Part shown: positions 45,278 through 55,704 of the stretch, piece by piece
Layout: each line of letters opens with the position of its first letter
Numbering within the stretch: position 1 is the first letter of the stretch
Assembly: GCA_016200345.1 (NCBI GenBank)
Contig: JACQEX010000030.1
Location: 6,242-70,241 of the forward strand
From: Nitrospinota bacterium
GTDB taxonomy: Bacteria; Nitrospinota_A; UBA7883; JACRGQ01
Direction of reading: 5' to 3'
Length of the DNA stretch: 64,000 nt
Made by a program: the position numbers and the translations under genes
The notes under the pieces: generated by a model
What the model was told of the DNA's origin: nothing
What the model saw: the letters and a program-made list of their open reading frames with translations, nothing else
Database searches by the model: none

Positions 45278-46326
45278 CCAAGAAAGCCGCAGTAGGATTT
45301 TGCCCCTTAAAATGGTTTAATTCAGCCGTGCAAAACTTGGAGACAACATTTAAGGAAAAGCTCACGGGGAATTTTTCCGTCCAAAGACTCGCGGGTGACG
45401 CCTCGACGAGGGAATACTCGCGCCTTAGGTTCGAATCCACGTCGGAAACCGCCGTAATGGTAAACGTCCACGCTCCCTTCGACCCGCAAACCGACGACTG
45501 GCTGAACATCCACGAATTCCTAAAAAATTTGGGAGTGGCCGTCCCCGAGGTCTATTTCACCGAGCCGTCAAATGGGCTTTTTTATCTGGAAGACTGCGGC
45601 GACGAGCTTTTGGAAAGCCACGCCAAGAACGCATCGCCCCCTCAAATCTTGGAGCTTTACAAAAAGGCCTTGGACGTACTTGTGCTAATGCAAACGGAGG
45701 GAACGCGCCGACTGACAGCCGGGAACCCGGCCGGCAAAAGAAAATTCGACCATGAAAAACTCATGTGGGAGCTTAACCACGCCGCCAAATGGTACATAAG
45801 GGGCTACTTGAAAAAGAGACTTTCGGAAGAGGACGACCGGCGGCTGACAGCCTTCTTTGAGCGCCTAATCGCCCCGTTGCTTGAAATTCCGACGGTGTTC
45901 ACCCACCGCGACTACCACTCCAGAAACATCATGCCGCACGAGGAAAATTTCTACATAATAGATTTTCAGGACGCACGCCTCGGCCCGCCGCACTACGACG
46001 TGGCCTCGCTTTTGTTCGACTCCTACGTGAGGCTGGACGAGGAAACGAGGAACGAACTGACGGAGCACTACAAAAAAATCGCCGCCGGGAAAATATTGGA
46101 CGCTAAACGTCTGGCCTCGTTTGAAAAGGATTTGGCGAGAACCGCCCTGCAACGAAACATCAAGGCGCTCGGCACCTTCGGCTTTCAGGCGGTGGAAAGA
46201 CAAAACTCCCTCTACGCCCGCTTCATGCCCGGCACGGCTGAGTATGTCACGCGCAACCTTGGATTATTTCAGGATTTGCAACAAGACGCCGAATGGGCGG
46301 CCTCCCTGCTGACGCCGCCAATTTAA
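45256..46326 (+). CDS. Aminoglycoside-phosphotransferase-fold kinase (AmgK-like anomeric sugar kinase, tentative)
   Basis: LAGDASTREYSRL, HRDYHSRNIM, IIDFQD motifs. The exact start is uncertain because of a 22-nt overlap with the upstream gene. Confidence 0.6.
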   Translation: MGIRKVVAKKAAVGFCPLKWFNSAVQNLETTFKEKLTGNFSVQRLAGDASTREYSRLRFESTSETAVMVNVHAPFDPQTDDWLNIHEFLKNLGVAVPEVYFTEPSNGLFYLEDCGDELLESHAKNASPPQILELYKKALDVLVLMQTEGTRRLTAGNPAGKRKFDHEKLMWELNHAAKWYIRGYLKKRLSEEDDRRLTAFFERLIAPLLEIPTVFTHRDYHSRNIMPHEENFYIIDFQDARLGPPHYDVASLLFDSYVRLDEETRNELTEHYKKIAAGKILDAKRLASFEKDLARTALQRNIKALGTFGFQAVERQNSLYARFMPGTAEYVTRNLGLFQDLQQDAEWAASLLTPPI

Positions 46327-46360
46327 GTTTTTCGGCGCTGTTCGGGTATAATGCCAACAT

Positions 46361-47257
46361 ATGTCCGACTTAAAAATTTCGAGCATTGGCACGATGGTAA
46401 AACCGCAAAGCCCCTATGCGAAAAGGGCGTTGATGATGGTGAAAACCTGGGGCAAAAAGAACCGCGTCAAGGTTTTCCCCGACGCGTCGAGCGCGAAGGT
46501 GTTAAATAATTCGACCAAGGGATTTAAAGGTGACGCTTTGTTCAAAGCCATTGACGCGCTCGTGGTGCTGGGCGGGGACGGAACATTTCTAACCGGCGCC
46601 CGCGAGGCGATGCACCATTCGATACCATTGCTTGGCATCAACCTCGGTAGCCTAGGCTTCATGACGGAGGTCGCGCTTGACGAATTGGACGTGGCGCTCG
46701 ACCAGCTTGCAATGGGCAATTTTGTGGTGGAAGAGCGGATTTTGCTCGATTTGGAAACCGGACAAGGCAAAAAAAAGCGCAACGAAGTGGCGTTAAACGA
46801 AGTGGTGTTCAGCAGGCAGTCGGTGGCGAAAATGGTGGAGCTTTCCGTCTCCATCAACAACCAGTACGTCACACATTTCAGGGCCGACGGCCTGATTATC
46901 TCCACGCCGACAGGCTCCACCGCATACGCGCTCAGCTCGGGCGGCCCCATTTTGTACCCGACGATGGACGCGATAGTCGTCTGCCCAATATCCCCGCACA
47001 CCCTCTCAAACAGGCCTGTTGTCATTCCGGGGGATGGTGTGATAAAAATCACCATTATGAAGGGGCAAAAGGACGTCAGCGCGACACTGGACGGACACAT
47101 CCGCGTGGGCCTGTCGCCTAAGGACTCCATAACCCTGCGCCGCTCCGGCAAATCCGTAAGCATAATAAGAACGCCCGGAAGGACGCATTTCGACACGCTT
47201 AGGAACAAACTCGGATGGGGCGGCTCCGCCACCACCAGAAGGGAAAGAAATGGTTGA
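46361..47257 (+). CDS. nadK: NAD kinase
   Basis: GGDGT, NEVV, DGLIISTPTGSTAYALSSGGP motifs. Confidence 0.85.
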   Translation: MSDLKISSIGTMVKPQSPYAKRALMMVKTWGKKNRVKVFPDASSAKVLNNSTKGFKGDALFKAIDALVVLGGDGTFLTGAREAMHHSIPLLGINLGSLGFMTEVALDELDVALDQLAMGNFVVEERILLDLETGQGKKKRNEVALNEVVFSRQSVAKMVELSVSINNQYVTHFRADGLIISTPTGSTAYALSSGGPILYPTMDAIVVCPISPHTLSNRPVVIPGDGVIKITIMKGQKDVSATLDGHIRVGLSPKDSITLRRSGKSVSIIRTPGRTHFDTLRNKLGWGGSATTRRERNG

Positions 47258-48317
47258 TAACGTCACAACCCGGGCGATAGTCCGGCAGGTCATTCCGTTT
47301 CTTGTCAAGAAATCCATCCCCCTTACGCCGGAAAACTACCGCGTTTGGTTCGAGTATTTCAGCGGGAGAAAAGAGGAGATAAAAAAACGCCTCGACGAAC
47401 TTTTGGAGTCGGACACCGCGTTCTCGGACGAATTAAACGAAAAACTCTACGAGCAGTTTTTCGTCAGAAGCCTCGAAAAGGAGTCCGCCGAAAAAGTCCA
47501 AAGGGAAATCGACGCCGCCGAGCTTTTAGGCTCGAAAATCAACATGATGGTCGTAAACCTCATGAGGGACATTCTCGCCGGGGCTAACTCCACGACGGGG
47601 TTCGGCGAAAAACTAAAGAAATACCAGACCACAATGCAAAAAATGGAGGGAATTGACGACGTCCGCTCCCTGCTTACGAGCATTCTAAAAGACACCAACG
47701 AGGCCGCGGCGGAAACGACAAAAGTTCATAAAAAATTGGAAAAGACGTCGGACGAGTTGGAGACTCTCCAAATAAAGCTGACGGAGGCGAGAAACGACGC
47801 AAGAACGGACAACCTTACGAAACTTTGGAACAGGCGGTTTTTCGACGAAACCCTGGCCGCCACCGTCACAGACGCCAAGGCCGGAAAAAACGTAAGCCTA
47901 ATCTTTCTGGACGTGGATTTTTTTAAAAAGTTCAACGACAACTACGGGCACCTTATAGGCGACAAACTTCTTGTGCACCTCGCCAAGGAAATAAAAAAGA
48001 AATTGGAGCAACACTCCCACGTATGCAGATACGGCGGCGAGGAATTTGCCGTAATCCTCCCCAATACGGCCCTTAAACGGGCCACCGAACTGGCCGACGT
48101 CATAAGGGTGGAGGTCGAGGGGATGAGCTTCACGGTAAGAGGAACCGACGTGGACGTGTCCATCAGCGCGGGCGTAGCCCAAATAAGGCCGGACGACACG
48201 CCAAAAAGCGTCGTCGAAAGGGCGGACACGGCCATGTACGCCGCCAAAACCGCCGGCAGAAACAACGTAAAAACTGAAAATGACGTCAAAGCCGGCGCTC
48301 AAGTCGCTAAGAATTAA
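47250..48317 (+). CDS. Diguanylate cyclase (GGDEF domain) with N-terminal coiled-coil sensor region
   Basis: RYGGEEF active-site motif and upstream RxxD-region features. Confidence 0.8.
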   Translation: MVDNVTTRAIVRQVIPFLVKKSIPLTPENYRVWFEYFSGRKEEIKKRLDELLESDTAFSDELNEKLYEQFFVRSLEKESAEKVQREIDAAELLGSKINMMVVNLMRDILAGANSTTGFGEKLKKYQTTMQKMEGIDDVRSLLTSILKDTNEAAAETTKVHKKLEKTSDELETLQIKLTEARNDARTDNLTKLWNRRFFDETLAATVTDAKAGKNVSLIFLDVDFFKKFNDNYGHLIGDKLLVHLAKEIKKKLEQHSHVCRYGGEEFAVILPNTALKRATELADVIRVEVEGMSFTVRGTDVDVSISAGVAQIRPDDTPKSVVERADTAMYAAKTAGRNNVKTENDVKAGAQVAKN

Positions 48318-49989
48318 AAACATCGGGGTCATATCCGAGTTGGATGCGACGTTCGGTCCGGGGCTTAACATCCTGTCCGGGGAAACCGGCGCCGGAAAAT
48401 CCATGGTGCTGTCCGCCCTCAATCTTGTGCTTGGCGGACGCGCAGAGCCGGACATGATAAGGCAGGGCTCGGACAACGCGGTGGCCGAGGCGGTTTTCAG
48501 CGCGGATTTCATCCCCTCCGCCGTTTCGATATTCACGGGGCTTGGAATTCAGCCGGAGGAAGGCGAAATAATTCTGCGCAGAACCATTCAAAACGAGGGT
48601 AAAAGCCGGGCCTTTGTAAACGGCTCCCCCTTGAACGTTTCGGCTTTAAAATCCGCCGGCGAATCGATGGTGGACATACACGGCCAGCACGACCACCAGT
48701 CCCTCTTCAACAAGGACACGCACCTGCAATGGCTCGACTCATATCTTTCCCTCTCGACCGAAAGGGATGAGGTGGAGGGACTGCACCGGAATATGCGCCG
48801 AATCGAGGCGGAGTTGGAGGCGGCGAAAAAAAGGCAGAACGAGGCGACCTCGCACAGGGAATATCTGGCATTCAAGGTTGACGAGCTTGAAAAGGCGGCC
48901 CTGAAAGAGGACGAAGAGACCGTTTTGGAGGCCGAGCACAGACTTTTGGCCTCGTCTGAAAAAATAAGGGAGACCGGCTCAAGAATTTTTTCGGAAATGT
49001 ACGAGGCGGACGACTCCGTGCTGTCAAAGGTGGAAAACGCCGCAAAGGAGCTGGAAAGACTGAAAACCACGGACCAGTTTTTCGGCCAGATGGCGGACGC
49101 ATTCAAGGAGGCGGCGGAAAAGATATCCTCGTCCTCGATGGGAATTAACTCCTTTTGCTCCGGCGTGGAGGACAACCCGGCCAGGATGGCCGAGGTGGAG
49201 ACGCGCCTCGCAACGCTGGAAAAACTCAAAAGAAAATATAAAACCGACCTCAAGGGGCTTTTGTCCGCGCTGGCCGAGGCAAGGCGCGAGTTGGACTCGA
49301 TAGAGTCCTCCTCGGCGGACAAGGAGAGGCTTGAGAGGGAACTGGCCGACGCGAGGACGACACTGCGCGACAAGGCGGGCGCGCTTCATAAAAAGCGGAT
49401 GAAGGGGGCGGCGGCCTTTAAGAAAGAGGTACAAAAAGACCTCAAGGAACTGAACATGGCCGGAGCCGTGTTCGAGGTGGAGGTTGCGCTTGCGGACGAC
49501 GAGCAGGGCCTTGAGCTTGACGGGGCAAAACGCAAAATAACTCCGCACGGGTTCGGCGAGTTTCAATTCCTCATATCTGCAAACGAGGGGCACCAGCCGA
49601 GGCCGCTCGCCAAAATCGCCTCCGGCGGCGAGATATCCCGCATCATGCTTGCGCTAAAGACCTCCGTTGGGAAAATTCAGCCGGTGCCGGTTCTGGTGTT
49701 CGACGAAATTGACTCAGGCATCGGCGGAAAAACGGCGGACATGGTCGGCGAAAAATTAAAAAAACTCTCTAAAAACTGCCAAATTATCTGCATCACCCAC
49801 CTAGCCCAAATTGCAAGGCAGGCCGACTTTCATTTCGTGGTCGAGAAAAAATCGCTGAACAAGGTCGCCACGGTCGGCGTGACCCTGCTGGACGAAAAGG
49901 GGCGCGTGGAGGAGCTTGCGAGAATGGGGGCGGGAAAAGTGGTCACCGACGCGGCGCGGGAACACGCCAAAGAGATGATGGGGATTTAA
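48280..49989 (+). CDS. recN: DNA repair protein RecN
   Basis: Walker A GETGAGKS at the N-terminus, long coiled-coil, C-terminal signature (LSGGE-like SGGEISRIMLAL, DEIDSGIGG). The ATG overlaps the GGDEF gene by 38 nt. Confidence 0.85.
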   Translation: MTSKPALKSLRIKNIGVISELDATFGPGLNILSGETGAGKSMVLSALNLVLGGRAEPDMIRQGSDNAVAEAVFSADFIPSAVSIFTGLGIQPEEGEIILRRTIQNEGKSRAFVNGSPLNVSALKSAGESMVDIHGQHDHQSLFNKDTHLQWLDSYLSLSTERDEVEGLHRNMRRIEAELEAAKKRQNEATSHREYLAFKVDELEKAALKEDEETVLEAEHRLLASSEKIRETGSRIFSEMYEADDSVLSKVENAAKELERLKTTDQFFGQMADAFKEAAEKISSSSMGINSFCSGVEDNPARMAEVETRLATLEKLKRKYKTDLKGLLSALAEARRELDSIESSSADKERLERELADARTTLRDKAGALHKKRMKGAAAFKKEVQKDLKELNMAGAVFEVEVALADDEQGLELDGAKRKITPHGFGEFQFLISANEGHQPRPLAKIASGGEISRIMLALKTSVGKIQPVPVLVFDEIDSGIGGKTADMVGEKLKKLSKNCQIICITHLAQIARQADFHFVVEKKSLNKVATVGVTLLDEKGRVEELARMGAGKVVTDAAREHAKEMMGI

Positions 49990-50051
49990 CGCATTTATTG
50001 GTAGAATGGCGGGGCTGGCTTGTTTTTTTAACTTATCTGATTGAGGGAAAA

Positions 50052-50555
50052 ATGTCCGATAATGAGGCGTCCGCGATTATTGAAACGACAAAGGGAACTA
50101 TAAAGCTGAATTTTTTCTCGGACGACGCGCCGGGACACGTGGAAAATTTTGGAAAACTCGCCCTCAAGGGGTTTTACGACGGCACGCTGTTCCACCGCGT
50201 CATACCGGGCTTTATGATACAAGGCGGTTGCCCAAAGTCCAAAGATGACGACCGCTCGGAACACGGCACGGGCGGCCCCGGCTACACAATCAAGGCGGAA
50301 TTTAACAAACGTAAACATAAACGCGGGATAGTGTCCATGGCCCGCTCGGCCAACCCGAACTCGTCCGGCTCGCAGTTCTTCATCTGCGTTAAGGACTCGC
50401 TTTTTCTTGACGGTCAGTACACCGTTTTCGGCGAGGTCGTCGAGGGAATGGAAGTGGCGGACGAAATAGTCGCCTCGCCAAGGGACGGCAGGGACAACCC
50501 GTTGGAAAAAGTAGTGATGACCAAGGTCACCTTCAACGCGGGAAAAACAGAGTAG
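50052..50555 (+). CDS. ppiB: Peptidyl-prolyl cis-trans isomerase, cyclophilin type
   Basis: FHRVIPGFMIQGGCP, and GTGGPGYTIKAEF, SMARSANPNSSGSQFFI blocks. Start taken at the internal MSDNEAS. Confidence 0.85.
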   Translation: MSDNEASAIIETTKGTIKLNFFSDDAPGHVENFGKLALKGFYDGTLFHRVIPGFMIQGGCPKSKDDDRSEHGTGGPGYTIKAEFNKRKHKRGIVSMARSANPNSSGSQFFICVKDSLFLDGQYTVFGEVVEGMEVADEIVASPRDGRDNPLEKVVMTKVTFNAGKTE

Positions 50556-50557
50556 AA

Positions 50558-51337
50558 ATGCCGATAAAATCCGCCGTTGGCCCGAATGCGTCGCTACGCT
50601 TATTCTTAGCCATTGCGGCCCTTTTAACCGCCGGGGCCTGCTCCAGCACCGGGGCCGACTCAAAAGTCGAGGCATTCCTCAATTTTAACGACGCGAACAA
50701 ATACTTTGCGCAGGGGAAATATGACGCCGCGCAACGATACTACCAAAAAATTATAGACGAGGCGCCGGACAGCCCTTATAGAATTCACGCATTACTCGGC
50801 CAGGCGGACTCATATTATATGGAGGAAGAATATATTTCCGCGGCCCCGCTGTACGCGCGATACGTGGAGCTTTATCCGCTGGACGACCAGACTCCCCACG
50901 CCGTTTTTTACCAGGCCGCCAGTTATTTTCGGGACATCGTGCCGGTGTTGAAGGACCAGTCAAGCGCGCAAAAGGCGCGCGACCTATTCGTAAAATTTGT
51001 AGAAAAATTCCCGGATCATCCGGCGGTCCCTTTCTCAAAGGAAAAAATTGTCTTTCTAAACGACAGACTGGCGGAAAAGGCCTTTGAAACAGCAAGGTTT
51101 TATTGCTACGTAAACGCCTCCATCTCCTGTATTGGCAGGGTGGACGACCTCTTGGAACAATTCCCCGACTCCCGGTATAAGAGCGAGGCCATGGTTATGA
51201 AGGGAAAAGCCTACCTATTTGAAGAGGCCTACGACAAAGCACTCCTGACTTTCAAAGAGGTCGTTTTTTACTTCCCCGGAACTCCGGCGGCCAAGGACGC
51301 CTCCTCCGAGTTAAAAAGTCTTCAATCCAAAAAATAA
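50558..51337 (+). CDS. bamD: Outer-membrane assembly lipoprotein BamD (TPR lipoprotein)
   Basis: Lipobox LTAGAC and TPR-like repeats (YFAQGKYDAAQRYYQKII...). BamD/YfiO-like length. Confidence 0.7.
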   Translation: MPIKSAVGPNASLRLFLAIAALLTAGACSSTGADSKVEAFLNFNDANKYFAQGKYDAAQRYYQKIIDEAPDSPYRIHALLGQADSYYMEEEYISAAPLYARYVELYPLDDQTPHAVFYQAASYFRDIVPVLKDQSSAQKARDLFVKFVEKFPDHPAVPFSKEKIVFLNDRLAEKAFETARFYCYVNASISCIGRVDDLLEQFPDSRYKSEAMVMKGKAYLFEEAYDKALLTFKEVVFYFPGTPAAKDASSELKSLQSKK

Positions 51338-51381
51338 CTTCACGCCGCTTCAATACCAATAACGTCTCATCTTCAAAACCG

Positions 51382-52442
51382 TCAGAGCTTTCGCCTTGTC
51401 TGCAAGCGGAAAAGATGCTCGGAAACGGACGGTTCACGAATCATGTAAAACTCGCCGCCGTCCAGCAACACCTCCGCCGGCAACGGGTGGCTTAGAAAAA
51501 AATGCATCCCGGTTGCGTATCCGTACGCACCGGAGTTGCCAACGGCGATTAAGCTCCCCTCCTTAAGCTCGGGAAGGGACAACGGAAGGTCGGATTGATC
51601 CAGAGTGGTGCAAAGCGGCCCGCCGAGCACGTATCTCCGCGGGCGCCCCGCTTTTCCGTCGACCCTAAAGGCCGGGAACTCCCTGCTCACCCTAAATGGA
51701 AAAAGAGCGTGATGGATGCCGCCGTCGGTGAGGGCGAAATCCGTCCCCCTGATGTTTTTCACCGCGACTACCCTCGTGACGTATACCCCGGCGGATCCGA
51801 TTAAATAACGCCCCGGCTCCATATAAAGTTTTGCGCCGGAAAGTTCGTCAACGCCGGAAATAAATCGCTCTAGTTTCTTTACGCCCTTTTCAAGCGCGTC
51901 CAACGATAATTCTCGTTCTCCAGTCCGGTACGGGATGCCCAGTCCGCCGCCAAAATTTAGGTATCTCGCCGTAAACCCCGCCTCCTGGCAAATTTTGGCC
52001 ACGCAACGGGCGTAGCTCTCCGCCCCTTTTAACCAGGTTTTTGGGGAAAGCATCTGGGTGCCCAAATAAAAATGGAACCCGACGAAATTTAGATTTTTAT
52101 ATTTTCCGCGTCCCAAAAGAATTTTACTGGCGTCGTCGGCCGTAAAGCCGAATTTGTCCATCCCCCCGGTCATAACCCTGCCCCCTTTTTCCACGGGGAC
52201 GGCGCGGTCGACGTTAATCCTCAACGCGACGTCGAATTTTTCGCCAATTCGATTCAGCGTTTGGAGCTCCGTCAAAGTCTCGGAGTGAATGACCGACGGT
52301 CTTTTCTTTTCTATTAGTTTTGTTTCTTGCGCCGCGCGGAACGAAGCGACCTGTACCGCCGCCTAATTACGTCCGCGTCGTAAAAATAAAACGGCGTGCC
52401 AATTTTCGACGCCGCTTTTAAAACATCCCTTTTCTTTATCAT
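51382..52442 (-). pseudogene. lysA: Diaminopimelate decarboxylase (lysA) remnant: N-terminal segment frameshifted and ~75 aa including the PLP-lysine region deleted
   Basis: The body ORF 51382..52275 starts at TTG and covers LysA from about residue 125 (GGGLGIPY, EPGR, GGPLCTTLD, GAYG). Another frame at 52442..52317 encodes MIKKRDVLKAASKIGTPFYFYDADVIRRRYRSL, which matches the LysA N-terminus and ends in a stop. A stop also occurs in the body frame at 52365. Confidence 0.5.
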
Positions 52443-52482
52443 CTAGGGGATTATTCGCCATATTTGGCCCGCGTGCAACCGT

Positions 52483-53118
52483 CTATTCGCCCGTCCTTTT
52501 TTTTGCGACCTCGTGACGTAAACGCAGGTTCACCAAGGCGAGCGAGGTGAGGTGCGCCAACCTTCTAAGATAGTCGGTGGCAACCCCTTCGGCGTACCTA
52601 TCCGGGTCGTTGCTCCCCAAGTTTATGCTACCAATACGCTCGTTGTTGTAAAAGAGCGGGGTCAGAGCCTCGGAATGTATCCGCCTAAGCTCACGCAGAC
52701 AGAAAAAATCCACCGAGCCGTGGTCCAGCTTTCCCCTTAAAATCGGGCCCTGGCTTCTCGCAAAAATCTGCGCCAGTTTTTCCGGATCCAAAAAAAACAG
52801 CTTGTCGGCGGACATGGATTTTATGTGAAGCGGCTCGGTCTGCGGCATGAGGTCGCGAAAATCAGTGGAGAGAGCGTAGGTGACGGTCGTCAAGCCGAAG
52901 TACTCCTTGATCGCGGAGGTGGTTTTCGCCACGAGCGTCTCAAGGTCGGGACATTGCAGGACGATGTCCCCCAATTCGTCCATCCTCTGCTGAATTTCCA
53001 CGTTTCGTTTGGAAATCTGTATCAACTGCCGCAGATTGTTTCTCATCGCCGAAAGATCCTGGCGCAGGCCGTCGTTAACCGCCCTGCCGGCCAGGACCAT
53101 GTTTTGTCTGTTCATCAT
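52483..53118 (-). CDS. DUF484-family (GAF-like) protein
   Basis: 211 aa. Pattern resembles the YigA/DUF484 proteins that often neighbour dapF and lysA. Assigned from memory only. Confidence 0.4.
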   Translation of the reverse strand: MMNRQNMVLAGRAVNDGLRQDLSAMRNNLRQLIQISKRNVEIQQRMDELGDIVLQCPDLETLVAKTTSAIKEYFGLTTVTYALSTDFRDLMPQTEPLHIKSMSADKLFFLDPEKLAQIFARSQGPILRGKLDHGSVDFFCLRELRRIHSEALTPLFYNNERIGSINLGSNDPDRYAEGVATDYLRRLAHLTSLALVNLRLRHEVAKKRTGE

Positions 53119-53133
53119 CCTCCCCCTTTACGG

Positions 53134-54354
53134 CTAGTCCGCCTGCCTGTGGCGTATAAAGGCCGGGATGTCCAACTCGTCCGCGAACTCGTTCAGCTCA
53201 AGCGAGGCAAACGTCTTCTTGACGTCCGTTTTGGTGGTGAACGGAATTTGCGAGATTGTCGCCCTTTGCGGCGCGGTGGCGGACGAAGACGCGGAGGCGT
53301 TCATCACGCGCGCATCCGACTGCGGCTGTGAAATCTGGATTATGGGCGCCTTCTCGGCCTCCAGATGGTTGAAGCCTGTGGCTATGACGGTGACGGAAAT
53401 TTCGTCGTCCATGCGCGGGTCTATCACCGCGCCGAAGATGACCTGCGCCGACTCGTGGGCGCCTTTTTGAATTTCCATCGCGGCGTCGTTTACGTCGAAC
53501 AGCGTAAGGTTCTCACCGCCGGTTATGTTGATTAAAATTCCCCTCGCACCCTCGACCGAGGTGTCCTCCAACAGCGGCGAGTGTATTGCCTTTTGGGCCG
53601 CCTCGCGCGCCCTGTTCTCTCCCTTGCCGGTTCCGCTACCCATCAGCGCCTGCCCCATCTCGGACATTATCGCCGTCACGTCCGCGAAATCCACGTTCAC
53701 GAGGCCCGGCACCGTGATGATGTCCGATATTCCCTTCACCGCGTTGCACAGAACCATGTCGGCCATTTTGAAGGCCGCCATGAGCGACGTCTTTTTGTCA
53801 ACGACGTTCAACAGCCTTTGGTTGGGGATGGTGATGAGCGTGTCCACCGATTTGCCCAGCTCGGCAAGGCCGCTGTCCGCCTGTTTGCCCCTTCTCTGCC
53901 CCTCGAACATAAACGGCCTTGTTACGACGCCAACGGTGAGCACGTTCATGCTTTTTGCTATTTGCGCGATGACCGGGGCCGCGCCCGTTCCGGTGCCGCC
54001 GCCCATTCCGGCGGTTATGAAAATCATGTCCGCCCCCTCCAGCATCGCCCTTATCGCGTCCGCGTCCTCCATCGCCGCCTTTTGCCCGATGTTCGGATTC
54101 GCGCCGGCGCCAAGGCCGCGGGTGAGGCCGTTGCCAATCTGCATCTTAATCGGCACGGAGGATTTTGACAGCGCCTGCGAGTCGGTGTTGCAGACGATGA
54201 ACTCCACGCCCGTGATGTTCTGGCTCATCATGGCCGCCACGGCGTTGCACCCGCCGCCGCCGACGCCGATGACCTTTATCTTGGCGCTCGAGAACTGCTC
54301 GCTCGAGAAATCAAATGCCGGTTGAATAATTTCGCCCACTTTTTCGTTTTCCAT
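53134..54354 (-). CDS. ftsZ: Cell division GTPase FtsZ
   Basis: [10 protein letters not shown] tubulin signature, T7 loop NVDFAD, variable C-terminal tail. Confidence 0.9.
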   Translation of the reverse strand: MENEKVGEIIQPAFDFSSEQFSSAKIKVIGVGGGGCNAVAAMMSQNITGVEFIVCNTDSQALSKSSVPIKMQIGNGLTRGLGAGANPNIGQKAAMEDADAIRAMLEGADMIFITAGMGGGTGTGAAPVIAQIAKSMNVLTVGVVTRPFMFEGQRRGKQADSGLAELGKSVDTLITIPNQRLLNVVDKKTSLMAAFKMADMVLCNAVKGISDIITVPGLVNVDFADVTAIMSEMGQALMGSGTGKGENRAREAAQKAIHSPLLEDTSVEGARGILINITGGENLTLFDVNDAAMEIQKGAHESAQVIFGAVIDPRMDDEISVTVIATGFNHLEAEKAPIIQISQPQSDARVMNASASSSATAPQRATISQIPFTTKTDVKKTFASLELNEFADELDIPAFIRHRQAD

Positions 54355-54465
54355 CAGTCAGTACCCCCAAAAAAAAGTTTTAAATAATTAATCTTAAAAA
54401 CTTGTCATCCCATTACCCCGAACACGTAACATAAAATGCAAAGTCGCCGTCCCGCGGCTTTGCCG

Positions 54466-55704
54466 TTAAAAAAAGTCCTCCATCCAGCTTTTCATCTTGT
54501 CGGAGATGTTGTTAAACATATTCCGCCCCTTTATCGGCTTTCGGTTTCCCGTTTTCCTCATCCTGTCGCCGAACAACAACAGCCCCACCGCCGTCGCGTA
54601 CTGCGGCGAGTTGACCACGTCCACAAGGCCGCCCACGCCCTTTGGGTTGCCCCGTCGCACCGGCAGGCCGAAAACGCGCTCCGCCACCTCCGGCATCCCC
54701 TCCAGAATCGAGGTGCCGCCGGTTATGACAAGCCCCGAAGGAATCACGCCGAGGTACCCGGAGCTTTCCAAATCCCTGTGTATCATCTGGAACATCTCCT
54801 CCACGCGCGGCTCTATAATCTCGCACAGCACGTTCCGGCTTATTAACCTGGGCTCGCGCCCGCCCATGCTCGGAATCTCCACCTGCTCGCCGCTTTTCAC
54901 CATAGTGCTGAGCGCGCACCCGTATTTTCTTTTTATTTTCTCCGCCTCGGCCTGCGGGGTCCTAAGCCCTATCGCCAAATCGCTCGTTATGTGGTTTCCG
55001 CCGATGGCTATGACCGACGTGTACCTTACGGAGTCCTCCGCGAACAACGCCAGGTCGGCCGTGCCGCCGCCGATGTCCACCAGGGCGACACCCAAATCCT
55101 TCTCGTCCGAATCCAGCACCGCCTCCGCCGAGGCCAACTGCTCGACGATGATGTCCTCCACGTCCAGCCCGGCGCGGTTCACGGAGCGCACGATGTTTTG
55201 CGCCGACGTCACGGCGCCGGTTATGACGTGTATCCGCGCCTCCAAGCGCACGCCGGACATTCCGCGCGGCTCCTTAATGCCGGTCTGACCGTCCAAAATA
55301 AACTGCTGGGGAATTACGTGGATGACCTCGCGGTCCAGGGGTATCGCGACCGCCTTGGCCGCCTCTATCACGCGCTCCTTGTCCATCTCGGTGACTTCTT
55401 TGTTCTTCACGGCGATTATCCCGTGGCTGTTAAATCCCTTTATGTGGCCTCCGGCTATGCCGACGAACGCGGACTCCACCTCAACCCCGGCCATAAGCTC
55501 GGCCTCCTCGACGGCCGACTTGATGGACTCCACGGTGCTTTCGATGTTCACCACCACGCCCTTGTTCAGCCCCTTGGACGGATGGGTGCCGATGCCAATA
55601 ATATCAAGCCCGCCGCCGGCTCCGATTTCGGCGATGACGCAACATATTTTGGTGGTACCCAAATCCAGACCTACTATTACCTCTTTTTCCTTCTTCGCCA
55701 TCAC
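54466..55704 (-). CDS. ftsA: Cell division protein FtsA
   Basis: Actin-fold ATPase (VGLDLGTTKICCV, DIGGGTAD). Confidence 0.9.
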   Translation of the reverse strand: MMAKKEKEVIVGLDLGTTKICCVIAEIGAGGGLDIIGIGTHPSKGLNKGVVVNIESTVESIKSAVEEAELMAGVEVESAFVGIAGGHIKGFNSHGIIAVKNKEVTEMDKERVIEAAKAVAIPLDREVIHVIPQQFILDGQTGIKEPRGMSGVRLEARIHVITGAVTSAQNIVRSVNRAGLDVEDIIVEQLASAEAVLDSDEKDLGVALVDIGGGTADLALFAEDSVRYTSVIAIGGNHITSDLAIGLRTPQAEAEKIKRKYGCALSTMVKSGEQVEIPSMGGREPRLISRNVLCEIIEPRVEEMFQMIHRDLESSGYLGVIPSGLVITGGTSILEGMPEVAERVFGLPVRRGNPKGVGGLVDVVNSPQYATAVGLLLFGDRMRKTGNRKPIKGRNMFNNISDKMKSWMEDFF

